Below, piece after piece: positions 1 to 12,504 of a stretch of DNA of 64,000 nt. Source of the stretch: Epiperipatus broadwayi (taxonomy: Eukaryota; Animalia; Onychophora). The stretch lies in NCBI GenBank assembly GCA_028023455.1, contig JAQFVV010000007.1, positions 3,286,001 to 3,350,000 of the forward strand, read 5' to 3'. A model generated the notes under the pieces. That model worked only from the letters and a program-made list of their open reading frames with translations. It was not told the DNA's origin and made no database searches. Every line of letters begins with the position of its first letter. The first letter of the stretch is position 1. A program made the translations under genes and the position numbers.

Positions 1-1467
1 CTAGGAAGAAAACTGTTAAGAACTCCCAACAATGCAAATACTTTTCATTCAATAAGACTAATGTTTCTCAATGATATATTTTAATATTCCTCACAAGTTT
101 CATTAAAAATATATCACCAGACATTCAATTAGTTCTGTAATTGTATAATTCATTAATAGTCTTGCATGTCTACACACTGATAATTTATTAGAATTAAACT
201 ATAATTTGCAAATAGATTATTAGTTAGAATTTTCATGTATTTTATTTCATTTCCATTTTATCTGTTTTCTGTTATATTTAAAATAACAAATATTTAAATC
301 AATTTACATGAATTTAATTCAGAGCATGATTCTCTCTGTGTGTAAGAGAATACACATTGGGTGCGAAATATCAGATTCATGGCAATCAACTGTTATGAAA
401 TAAACAAATGGCTAAAATTCCAAAGCATGCTCTGTTACACACCAATGAACATCCGGTTTTATTAAAATTAGAAATCTCCTATCATTTAATTCATTAAATA
501 CAAGCTAATTTTCTGAAGGCAATAATTAAGTACAGATTATTTCTCTTTAATAAAAAAAAACAGAATTAAATTGATGGTTAGACTTTGTTATATTAGCAAA
601 TGAGATATCAAAGATGTGCAGACAAACTAGCCTTAGTTCCGCCAAAGTCTACTCATCTTAGGCAGCATATTTGTCAATATAAATAGTGTAAATATAACCC
701 TCAAGTGAATTATGTTTCTTTTTTTGTCATGAAAAAGAATCTGGGTTTGCTCTCAGAAAATAAGCATTGCATATAATGAATGAAATCATAGAAAAAGGAA
801 AATTAAAAAATTGCTAATTCTAATAACATATTGGGTTACAGGTTTTGTGTAACTGAGCATACTATAGAATTTTATTTGTGCATTAATGATTTTTAATTTT
901 GTAAGAGTTAATATTTTATAGTATATTTACTATATGTATGTTTTGTTTTTTACATATTATAAATGGAGTTTAATTTATTTATATATATATATAATTAATA
1001 AATTTAGAAAAAAAAAAAGAACCTATTATTTTAAGATAAGCAAGTAGAAATTTGTGCTTTAATTAAGAAAGTAATGAAATTAAAAAAAAAAAACCCCTCA
1101 CACAATCAAACAATGAAGATGTTTAAATAAACAATGGCAATCAGTGATCAAATAATCATTAATACAGAAACTAATAATATGTTAATAATGCCATTCTTCT
1201 GAAATAAATATTTGTAGCAAGAAGGCATACACATAAATAATACTAACATTTCTGATGGATTAGAAAAATAATTTTAATTGAAAAAATATAAGTATAAAAT
1301 ATTTGAAAATAATTATTTTTATATTATTCACAATTTCTATATTAAATGCAAAACCAAGAAGCAAATGTTAAAAAAAATATTTTGGGGAAAAATAATTATT
1401 TTGTAAAAATTCTCATTAAAAAAAAAAAGTTATAAATAAAAAAAAAAAATTTTTTTTAGAAACTTAC

Positions 1468-1672
1468 TTTTGTTAAAATGCGCATAGCTTCTTTGGCAGT
1501 TTCAAATTTTGGTGTGCCAGGCTCAAGTCGATGAAACACAGCATCAATTAGTAAAGGCAAACGTGTTATACGCTGCATCGGCAGCATGAGGAAACTCTGC
1601 ATGTCTAAACTTTGACATTCGGGGTTTGCCTCTAGCCGTCGTAATGCTTCAATGAATTCTGGATTACTATTT
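1468..1672 (-). CDS. Exn: Ephexin-family RhoGEF coding exon (C-terminal part of DH domain); gene continues left of the window
   Basis: Acceptor ttttctttcaaag (AG at 1674-1673) and donor GTAAGT from 1467. Phase-2 start joins the previous exon. Translates (K)NSNPEFIEALRRLEANPECQSLDMQSFLMLPMQRITRLPLLIDAVFHRLEPGTPKFETAKEAMRILTK, containing the DH CR3 motif SFLMLPMQRITRLPLL typical of ephexins. Confidence 0.95.
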
Positions 1673-2399
1673 CTTTGAAAGAAAAAAACATATCAAATTA
1701 AATAATAGCATTATTCATATATTATATATGTACATTGTAAGAATGAATATTCAATTATAAATTAAAAGAATTTCTAAAATAGTTATTACAGTTCACAGAA
1801 TATTTTGTATTAATATTTTCAATTATATACTTAAAACACCTGCATCGATTGCTACATATATAGGAGCAACACCATTAATCTACCAATAAGATTTTCTGTA
1901 AACTCTTTTAATGCCAACAAAATTGCAAGGAAGTCTCTTTGAATTTTTACAAAACTATTTAAATAATAATACAATAAATAAATTGTTGTGCATATGTTTT
2001 AAAAGAAAATTTAATAAACTCTTATAAAGTTCTACAAATACTGGGTCTTTAAATTAAATTATTAAGCCTAATTGATATGAGCAATATGCTTCTATTTTGT
2101 CAAACTTAAAATAATTTATCCAACAAATATTTTACTTAATTTGAGTCTTGTCTACATTTTACTGACGATAATAAAATGCTCGATAACAAAAGTGAAAACA
2201 TTGATAGAACCTATATAAAATTAAAACTATTATAGACGTAAATTTTAAAGCTGCATACTAAATACACAGAAGGTGCAGTTGTCAAGACAATCACTAAATT
2301 TACTTATTGTAATATAATATGACAATAGAATCTCTTGTAATTTGTACAGTGAAGTTTCAGGTGACAGAAGTGTGCTAATGATTATGTGTACTATATGGA

Positions 2400-2800
2400 A
2401 TTATGCAAAAAATTATACAAACACAACTATATCATAATAAATATAGACAGAAAAGGTATTCCACATAGTGTCACTGAATTGGAGAAAAAAACTTAAAATG
2501 AAAAGAAGACATTGATAAAGGCAGTGGTCAATTTCTGATTTTGATGGACAAATAACTAAATGTTAAAATTATTGTTTATCATCCTTCTGGCAATGATGCT
2601 ATCTGCATAAAAAAAAAAAGACAGAGCATGATAATCATATCCATCCACAATAAAATTGTATAATTACTATATGGTTGGTGTTGATTTGTCTAATCAAAAG
2701 TGATCTCAGTATTGTTGGGATAAGTACAGTGATCAAGGGTCATGCTGAATTTTTTGATGGAAGTCCAGAATATATAGAAAGATCAAATCCATCAAGTAAT
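2400..2800 (-). mobile_element. Possible highly decayed non-LTR retrotransposon RT remnant
   Basis: Minus-strand fragments in the expected order: IFLYILDFHQKIQHD (cf. FLDFxKAFDxVxH), FIVDGY and ASLPEG (cf. SGVPQG). Many stops and frameshifts; boundaries unknown. Confidence 0.3.
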
Positions 2801-4357
2801 GCTATTTCATCTGGAAAAAGAAATTTCATTGAAGCCTTATGAAAGTCCATTTCTTAAGCAATAATTCTTTATTTAAATCTATATCTTGAGTTAAAGATAA
2901 GCCTGATTTATTTAAAAGCTTTTTATATATTTTCTAGGAGACAACTTGTCTTCTGACATAAAATGAGACAACTATTGCAAGGGAAATGGATGTGAAGGTG
3001 CTAGTAATATTTTTATAGTAATATTTAATTGTATATCTAGGAAATTTAGTGAAAGCACTTTTTATCCAAATGGAAGTCTAGTATTCTCCTGTAGAATATT
3101 AGTACTAAGTAAGCTGCTTTTAGAATATTTGCATTCCAATCCCACGTGATGTCGGCCAGCTTTTCGAAAAGCTTACTTTTAGAAATTACCTTAAATACAA
3201 TATTTGTTATACAGAAAAATAAGTGGCATGACATAGAATTAATACTGTAAGAGATTATATTCAATTTATGAGAAGTTTCCTTGCTGTTTAGATGAAAAGC
3301 TAAGCAAAATGATTTTGTGAGATTAATATAAGACACTAATATTAGAACAAAATTTCAAAAAAATTTATATTCTTGTTAAAAGACTTTTCTATTTCTGGGA
3401 AAAAAATTATCGTACCAAAACAATGATGAATTTCCTACATTCTGTTTTTAGTGAATTCAAGATGAATATATTAAATAAATGAGGGAATTGAGCTTTATAG
3501 GAAACAAGTTTATAAAAAAAATATTAACAATTATTATTTAAAATCACTTGAACTATTCTATTCAAAAGCATACTGATAACTAAATTAATGGTTTTCATGC
3601 ATTTAAAATTCCATTCATGCTTAGAAACAGACCATTTTCTCAAACAAAATCATTTACTGAGATTATAGATAACAGCACTTTTTAATTATTTTTAAAATCT
3701 TTTTCAAAGTGAATCAACATAAAACTAGTCCCTTTGTCCTGATCCTCATCCAATGTCCCTAAGAACAATTTTATTTTTTGAAGATATTATAGAGAACATA
3801 AAATAACAATAACGAGCAATATTTTTTGAAATTATATTATTAGGTTTATTCAATTTTAAGAGTACTTTGCTTTCATGCTAAGCTTTTGAAATACTTTCTG
3901 TATAAATAATGTTGATGAATACTTTTGTCAACCATTCTTCAGTTTAAGATCCTAAATTCTGCAGTATGAGGAATTTTTCTTATTTCAAAAAATTAAGGGC
4001 AATCCAGGTTTATTTGTTTTATTAGAATAAGATTAAACAAACATTGTAAAGAAAGTTTTTAATTCTGCTTTAATGATATTTTTCTTGTTCCATTAAAATT
4101 AAGTTTACAAGCCTGATTTATAAGATTGGCAATCTCACAATGAAAGAAATAATTATTTTGGATATGCTTTTATATCCCTTTAAGTCTATATAAGTGGCCA
4201 GTCTTCTGATTAGATTCTGTAATACATTGTTTTTTCCATAATATACCCCCATCTTTATTTTCTAATATATATCACCAAGAAATTTATTTAGTTTGTTAGC
4301 AATTTTTGAATTTCTGGTAGGTAAATATCACTTATCAAAAAGCACAGAAGAAGTCAA

Positions 4358-4447
4358 GTGTTGGTAGCCGAGAGGTCAGCGCAGCTGCCTTGTAAGCAAG
4401 CAGTTGCTTGCAGATAGTTGTCGCGGGTTCACTTCCCGGCTGATTGC
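4358..4447 (+). pseudogene. tRNA-like sequence (tRNA pseudogene or tRNA-derived SINE head)
   Basis: A-box-like TAGCCGAGAGG (4365-4375), T-arm/B-box-like GCGGG-TTCACTT-CCCG (4423-4438), anticodon-loop-like CTTGTAA (4389-4395), and a 16-nt hairpin GCAAGCA-GT-TGCTTGC (4396-4411). The acceptor stem pairs poorly. Confidence 0.55.
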
Positions 4448-7400
4448 TTTGACATATGGAAAAAAAAGCCTAGAAAAATTTGCTTTAATTTGGAAATAAA
4501 ACACTTTTAATATCCTCAAAGAATGAATCCTTTAACACCTGTAGTTGTGGGCTTGTTAAAGTTTTCATAACAAATAAAAAAAGATATGTTTCTGTTAATA
4601 TTCCTTTCAAGATATTCAATATATAATGATTCCAATTACATAAATTCTATCTAAGAATTATATAATATTCAATTGTGGTTTATATTAGCTATCGAGAAAA
4701 TAATCTAATATCAGAAAGCAGTAATAAACCATTTTTGTTGAAGCAAAGTATAAATCAGGGTGATGTGCATTATCCTTCTGAAAGAAATGCTACTTCTTGC
4801 TTGGGGTTATTAAGTAAGTGCTAATAACTTAAAACCATACATTCTAAAATTTGAGAAATTTCTTTATCCTCAAAGTTGCATATCCTTACGGCTATTATAG
4901 AAATTGAAATCTGTAAATACAGCAGACAAAGAATGATTTAGTAAAGAAAGTAGGCAGTTTATTACTGAAAACTTCTATGAGCACATTATTTGCAAAATCT
5001 ATCAAAATAATGATTACTATATTATTTGAACTACCTTTAATGAAAGTTATTTGCTCTATTAGATAATATGAAATAAAAGTAGTCAAACCATGTTTAATAT
5101 ATGTTCAATTAATCATTATTATGTGTCTACATTAATATTTAAAATAAGCGAACTTGATTGAAATAAGAACAAAGATTGCCACTAATATGAAGTTTCAGTC
5201 TTTTCAAATGTCAACGTTTGATTTATTTACAATGCTAAAAAACTGAAGATTACATATAAGAGAATCTGACAAAATAGATTGGTATAGATATTACAAAAGG
5301 TAAATGTATCTACAGATTTATTTACAAAAATAGTCCAGCTGGTGAAGTATGTTAATAATGTGTTGTTCTGTGAAATAGTTTTATATTTCTAACTTTACAC
5401 CATAAAATCATTTGAGTTCTCATTAAAATCATTAGTATTGTATTAAGAATCAATATGAAACTAGAGATTTATAAAAGATGTGCAATATTAGAGAAACGAA
5501 ATTAATTCCAGCGAAGATCCCAGTTTTGATTTTAAAATATTCTCAATGTTTAGTTCATGTCATATATTTCCTAAGAAATGAAAATATTGTTATGTAAAAC
5601 TGGAACTTGAGGTGTTTCATGATGTCAAAATTATGTAGTTCCTTTTTCATTTAAAAATTTTCACTTCTATTGTTCTAGCACTATTTATTCACCCTAATTA
5701 CTTCCAGAATTCACATTAATATTTTTGTGGTTTGATTTCTAATTTCTGCCTCTAACAAGGAATTTACATCATAAGACGAAGTTTGGTTTCTATGTGAAGG
5801 AGACATCAGTTTCAGTATAGCAACATAAGTTGCATGCAGGGTGGTCCTCAGAGACTATCATTCATTTATCCCAAAACCAACTTTGAAGACTATTTAGGCT
5901 ATTCTATTAGTATCCATATATTGCAATCTACCAAACATTTACAATTTGTTTCTTTTGTAATGTATCTATTATATTAGTCTTGGAATTCTGTGCCCTGTAT
6001 GATTTAGCATGGAAATAGAGTGGCTGAAAAAAATGTATCTACTTTGTTCAACTAACATATGAATGCTCATATATCACATGACCTTCTGAGCAATTAACTA
6101 TATGATTATTTATTTTTAAATCAACACCACCATATCTGTTCTTTTTTATATATACTGCATCATTCTTTCCATATTATTCTCTTATATGAGAATTTATTTC
6201 CCATTTATCTAAACAAATATTTTTAATTAATTAAAATGATTCCTAAATATTTAATTATCGCTTTATCTCTTTCCTTACTGTAGTTAGACTGCACTATCAA
6301 CTATTAATATATATAAAAAAATTGTTATTCCTAATGCAGTTGTTACTTTCATTTACATAACTCTAATATGAAAATAGTGATAACTTTTTTATCAGCTCTT
6401 TTTTTGTTTTAGTTCCCATTCATACAATTTTTTTTTCTAATTATTCAAAATAATTCCTAAATATTTTTCATATAATCAAGTTGAGTTTTTTAACACAGCT
6501 GCTTACTTTATTTTCATTTTATTGATTTCTACATATATATTATTCTATCTAATTTAAGGATCTAACTTTTCCTGATTACTACATCATCTGTAGAAATTCA
6601 TAAAATTCTAAAAATGTAGGTGTCCCATAAATAATTGAACTAACTTGAATGAAATGATCTATATCATATTTATTAATCTTATTTTTTAGTTAGTAGACTA
6701 TCCTAAATAATCTACAATATATATATATATATTCTAAGAATTTTGAGAAAAGTATTTAGCATTAAGGAAAATAAAGAAAATGAGTTGAAAAATTAAGAAA
6801 TGTTTTTATTTTTTACAGGTATATTATTATTTTCATAAAAAGTACAAATATTAAATGGGATCCCACATGACATACTATGAAGGAAACATGTATTCTAAAA
6901 CCTATGAACAATGCTAATGATGTGCATCATTGTCACATGAATAACAATATCTTCTTCTTGAATGAGCCAAATGGAAAATGAAAACTAATAAAGACTGCCA
7001 AAATGTAAAACTAAAATAAGTGCTGTTCACTGAATAGCTTGCATATTTGGGTAATTGTGAATGCAACAAAATATTATAACTGAGTATGGCTAGCTGATTT
7101 GCAAGTGCCTCATAGATTTGGGCAACCACATATATTAAATAAATTCATGGATCAAGTAGTTTTCTCTACTTATGCACTAAATATTTGGGCACTCTAAAAT
7201 ATATTATATAAATGTTGTACTTAGGCAACTAAAATAGATAAATAAATATGTTGATTCACAAATGGCTCTATGGCACTTTAAATTTATATTTGCAATGAAC
7301 ACATGCATTTTGCAAGGCACTAATGGTCCAGAGAATGAGTATCTTGCTTGGCAAAGAAGATACAATTCAATAAATGATGACTTATTTGATAATAAAGTAT

Positions 7401-9603
7401 AGTATGGAATGTATAATGAATTACCTTAATTGTAAAACAAATTGTGTAATAAAATAATTTTATAATGATTGATGCAATAGGCAAATCAAAGAACTTATGT
7501 TAATAATAATGATATAAATTTATTGAAATAAGCATTAACTCACTGAGGTGGATAAAATAAAGATTATAATTCTAATTTACCAACTGCAATCTAATATTCT
7601 ATCATATTTTATGATTTACCTCCCATCTTCTTTTTTTTTTCACGATTGCAAATAAAAGATATGATATACATTTAAATTATAAAGTACACAGTCATAAAAA
7701 GTTAAATATAAACTCTTTAAACAAAGTAATAAAAAATTTTAATATTATTTTTAAAATAAAAAAAAATCTATTATCATTTAAATGATAACAAATGTCAAGT
7801 ATGTTATACTAATGAAAATTAGTAATAAATAAATAAAAAACTTTAATAATAAATGTTTATCATTAAAATTATCATTATAACTTATTTTTAATCACTTTTT
7901 TAAAAAAATGAAACTTATCTGACAGTGTTACTTTAAAAAGCAGGTTTTTACTAGCATCTGTTACCAAAGTTTTGCATGTATATGACTTCTGATACCTTTT
8001 TGCTAGCTAAAACACAAACATAGGGATCCATAAACAATTTGAATCATTAGATGATATCCAATTATTATTCCTTTTGATATTGCAATCCAGGGTGAATTCA
8101 ATTATCTTAATTTTATGGTGCTCAGCATAGCATTTGTGATATTCATTTCATTTTAATCACAAAGATGTCAAATGAAGAGGGACCTCATGCCCCTAAATTA
8201 TTTTATCTACAGTGCACATTTCTTTGCTATATGTTCCAAATATATTTATAAAAGTAAGGTAAAATAAACACAATTTTAAGCAAAAAAGTATGTGACTTAT
8301 TGCTAAAAATCATTTCTGTAGTAATAGCAACACAAAATGCAGTCTTTTTCTTTTTGAAACACTGACTGGTGATCATCTGACTCTCTTCCTTCAAATCTAA
8401 TAAGGCATTGCTATCATTCAGCAATAATTTAAACAGAAATATTGCATTTTAAAATTTAGTAAATAAATGGTTCATTTATTCCAAATTCATTCAAAACAAT
8501 ATACTTTTTTATTAAATAGATGACTATTAATTGTTTTCTTTATTTAGTTATTTATATACTACAAAGAAACTACAGATGGCAACATGTGTATATCAAAATA
8601 CAGATCATTTAAACTATACCCCTCCATAAAAAAACAAACAGGCTAAGTTACCAATTTAATTCATCTAATTCAAATTATTGATCAAATCTCTGATTTTATC
8701 AAATGCCAGCAATTAGTCTTAAATATGATAAGTGAGATATTAAAATTAATTAAAGATGAAATATATCACATAATTTCATAAATCAGAGTATTACAATGCT
8801 TTAAATTTAAACTCAATCTACTTTGCTTCATGAACACACCACACCATAAATAAATGCATTTTAAAGTATTAATATTAATCACTCAAATTAACTAAATTGA
8901 GGCTTTAATTAATTTTTCATGTGACTTTCAGATTAAATAAAATTTGTGACAAAATAAACAGATTTTAGTTTAATTATTACTAAAAAAAATTTTAGAAATA
9001 AAAAAATACTATTTTAAAACAAAAAATTATTTTGAGAAAGAAAAAGCATACTTTTATGTTTTGCTAATGTAGACAATTCCCATTATAACACTAAATATAA
9101 AATGGATAAATCAACAAATACAAATGTTATGACAAATATCCTTGGCTGACATAGCATGTATGTGCACAAAATGTTTCATAATGTTCTTTTCCACTTGTTC
9201 ATCGGACATCTTTCTGATGTGTTAGGATTTTGTTCCCAATTTAGCTGTCATACCAGTTTATTTGTACTTTTAGCAGGCAAAATGATATTTTTAAAAAATT
9301 ATTTTACATATAATTTTAACCACAAGTCAAGAAAAATGGAATCCAAAAAATAAAATTTCCAAACTAAAGAGTAATAAAACTATCATAGATGTAAGAGCTG
9401 ATTATGAAATGCCTTTTTAAAAAATAAGGATTAAATAAAAAATTTCCAGATTTAATAATTCACATATTATGGAATAAATTGAAAGTCTTACTATTGGGGA
9501 TTAATTGTAAAAGCAAATGGCAAATGACAACAATGTAACTCTTTGCATTTAAAAATTTATTTTGAAATTCAAATACAAATATACAGTACAGTATATAAAA
9601 GTT

Positions 9604-10818
9604 GGTAGTTGTTTTGATCATGTAATGCGGCTGCTTGGCGACGCTGCGGTACCATCAACAACCCTCAAGAAGCATGCAAGTGATAAGCTTCTACATCAAA
9701 AATGCTGAAAACATCGATGTAAACAAAAATAAAAAAGTAGCTGAAATGATCGATGGACACCCCCCCCCCAATGAAAGAAAACCCGCTGAAAACATCGATG
9801 TAACCAAAAATAAAAAATCGCTGAAAACATATATGTAAAAAAAAAGAAATAGCAGAAATGATCGATGCCCCCCTCCCAGAATGAACAATTCTTTGCTGAA
9901 ATGGACAAAGTGAAATGCCTAAAGCAAAATAAAATGAACAAAATCTTGTAAAAGGCAAATTCAAAAAAGAAATCAAGAAAATGCTATAAAATTACAATTA
10001 CAACAAAATCAGAAACACTTTTAATGCTAAATGTCAACGAAGGTCCAATAATGGCTGATGGTCAGGAATTCTAAAAACAGAATTTCATCAATATTTAGCT
10101 TTCAACATTTACAAATATGCTTTGAAATTATGGCAAATCATAAACAATAAATACTTTTTAAATAGATTCCAAAGCAGTGCTTATTATACCCCCCCCCCCG
10201 GGTTCAATTTATCAAATTAATATTATGCTGCTTTGAAATTATGGCATATCATTTAAATTCATCAATATTTAAAAATTATAAGCAGTAAGAAAATTACAGA
10301 AAAATATATATTTACCAATTTCTTTCCACGCATTTGTAGTAGGTAGTTGGATGTTTGCAGCAAAAATACAACAAAGATGGCACCAATTAACATCAGATTA
10401 CAATCAGCGGGCAAACAATTATAGTTCGGCATAAAATAGGCAAAAGAAGGTTCAAATTTTTAGGCTTTGGGTACAAAATTATTCATACAAACATTCAGAT
10501 GTTGAAGAGTATTGGAGCAAAATTATTTAGTGTAGTTTTTCTTCAAACAGATTGTTGAATAATCACTGCAGATTAAATGATGGTGGTTATTTGGTGGTTT
10601 AAGAAATACGACAAAGGTGTCGCAAATTAATAGCAGATTACAATCAGCAAACAATTATAGTTCTGCAGAAAATAGGCAAAAAAAAAGTTTCAAATTTGGG
10701 TGCAAAATTATTCATACAAACATTCAGATGTTGAAGAGTATTGGAGCAAAATTATTTAGAGTAGTTTTTCTTCAGATTGAAGCAGGGTTGAATAATCACT
10801 GCAGAGAACAGATTTTAA
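9604..10818 (+). repeat. Left terminal inverted arm of the Merlin element
   Basis: Reverse complement of 12897-14068. Contains two copies of a roughly 230-260 bp subrepeat, short terminal subrepeats (CTGAAAACATCGATGT at 9706 and 9787) and a private 39-bp insertion (10038-10076). Confidence 0.9.
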
Positions 10819-11605
10819 ATTATATGCGTATGTTTAAAGCACACATATTATAATAAATGTAAAACATAGAATTAAAATAAGTTTCCAATTAAAAAAAAGT
10901 AACATGTTTACAAAGCAGATTTTAAGCTTATGTTTAATTGCTGACCAAGGTCTTTGTAAAAATTTCAATTTATTTTTAAATCAGATTTTAACATGTGTGA
11001 GAGAACCCTCCAGAAATTGAAATTTATATGCCAAGACAAGTAAATCAAGAGTTTTTTGACTTAAGATAATTTAAATCTATTGTATTACAGCAATGTCCAC
11101 ACAACTTATTTTAATAGTACATTTTAATTTTATTTTAATATGTCTGCTTTAAATATACGCACTTTATATACCAATTAAAGATTTATTTTAATATGTCTGC
11201 TTTAAATATACGCACTTTATATACCAATTAAAGATTTAAAAAGAAAAATATAATCGCACCCTAAAATATTAAAAGTCACAGTTTGTACTTTCAAAATGAA
11301 ATGTGACGTAATAGACTTTTCACTTGAAAAATATCATTTCCAAAGCCGATAAATTTAACCAAAATGTTACTGAAGTAGTCTTTTGAAATGTGCTTAGTTT
11401 TATTATGATGGACTGTTTATTTTGTACTGCTAGAAATAAAAGTTGTTGGGATTATTTTTATTTTTTGACAGGGTTTATATGGGATTTTTTTTTACGCAGA
11501 TGAATACAACATTAAACATGCACAAACTTCCATGCATCATTTCAAAATCCCGCACTGAAATATCAGTAGTATCCATCTTTTGGTCATCTTCTTTTTATAT
11601 TCAAA

Positions 11606-12466
11606 ATGATAAAAATTTGGAATATCCCAAAGATGGAACATGAGGCAGTGGAGTTCCTTCAAAGTAAAAAAGTTCTGCCCTCTCAAAAAGTGTGTGTCAA
11701 TGGCCATGAAATGAAACTTTATGTCACTCCAAGGGCACAATGGAGGTGCAACATTCGTGCATGTCAAAGTCACATAGCACTTCAGAAGGGAACCTGGTTT
11801 GAAGGTTGCCAATTGTCATTCGTCACAGCCATCCAAATCATTTATTATTGGAGTAGAAACCAATTGACCATACAATTGGGGAAAAATGATTTGGAGTTGA
11901 GCAAGACAGGTGTCGTTGCATGAAACAATATTTGAGAGATGCCTGTAAAGAAAGTCTGCTATCTCGCCCATCCTGCAAAATTGGAGGTCCAGGAAAAACT
12001 GTAGAGGTAGATGAAACTCTATTTACTAAACATAAAAACCAACAGGGAAGAATTCTTCCACATCAATGGTTATTTGGTTTATGTAGAGAAACAAAATAGT
12101 GTTTTATTGTCACTATTCCATGTCGAACAGTGTCTGTTCTTTTAGATGCCATTAAAGAACATATAGCACCAGGATCCTCCATCTATTCTGACTGCTGAAA
12201 GGCCTACAAGAGTGAGGAATTGAATGCTGTAGGTTACCGGCATTTCAAAGTAAATCACACTTATAATTTTGTTGATCCTTCTACTGGAGCACATACGCAG
12301 AACATAGAAAGACTTTGGGGGCTATTGAAATGGCGCAATAAAAGAGAGGGGGACCGCTCGATGTCACTTGGAGTCATACTTAGCCGAATTCATGTGGCAT
12401 CGACTGCATCATGATGAAGATATATTCGATGCGATATTGCAAGCCATTACTATACCATCAGTGTAA
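11606..12466 (+). pseudogene. Merlin/ISXO2-like DDE transposase, disrupted
   Basis: N-terminal CxxxH...WRC...C zinc-finger-like segment, then KIGGPGKTVEVDETLF (D), IYSDC*KAY (D) and FVDPSTGAHTQNIERLW (E), ending LAEFMW...DAILQAI. In-frame stops near 11921, 12098 and 12196, plus frameshifts near 11930 and 12350. Confidence 0.9.
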
Positions 12467-12504
12467 ATTTTAAAATGTCTAAATTGCTATCTTGTGCTGT
12501 TTTC

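Noticed and set aside
5600-7400. Hints of further decayed LINE RT sequence (also at about 17.5, 20.9, 45.5, 47.7 and 62.3 kb)
   Set aside because: Motifs are too eroded to assign by eye; a profile search is needed.
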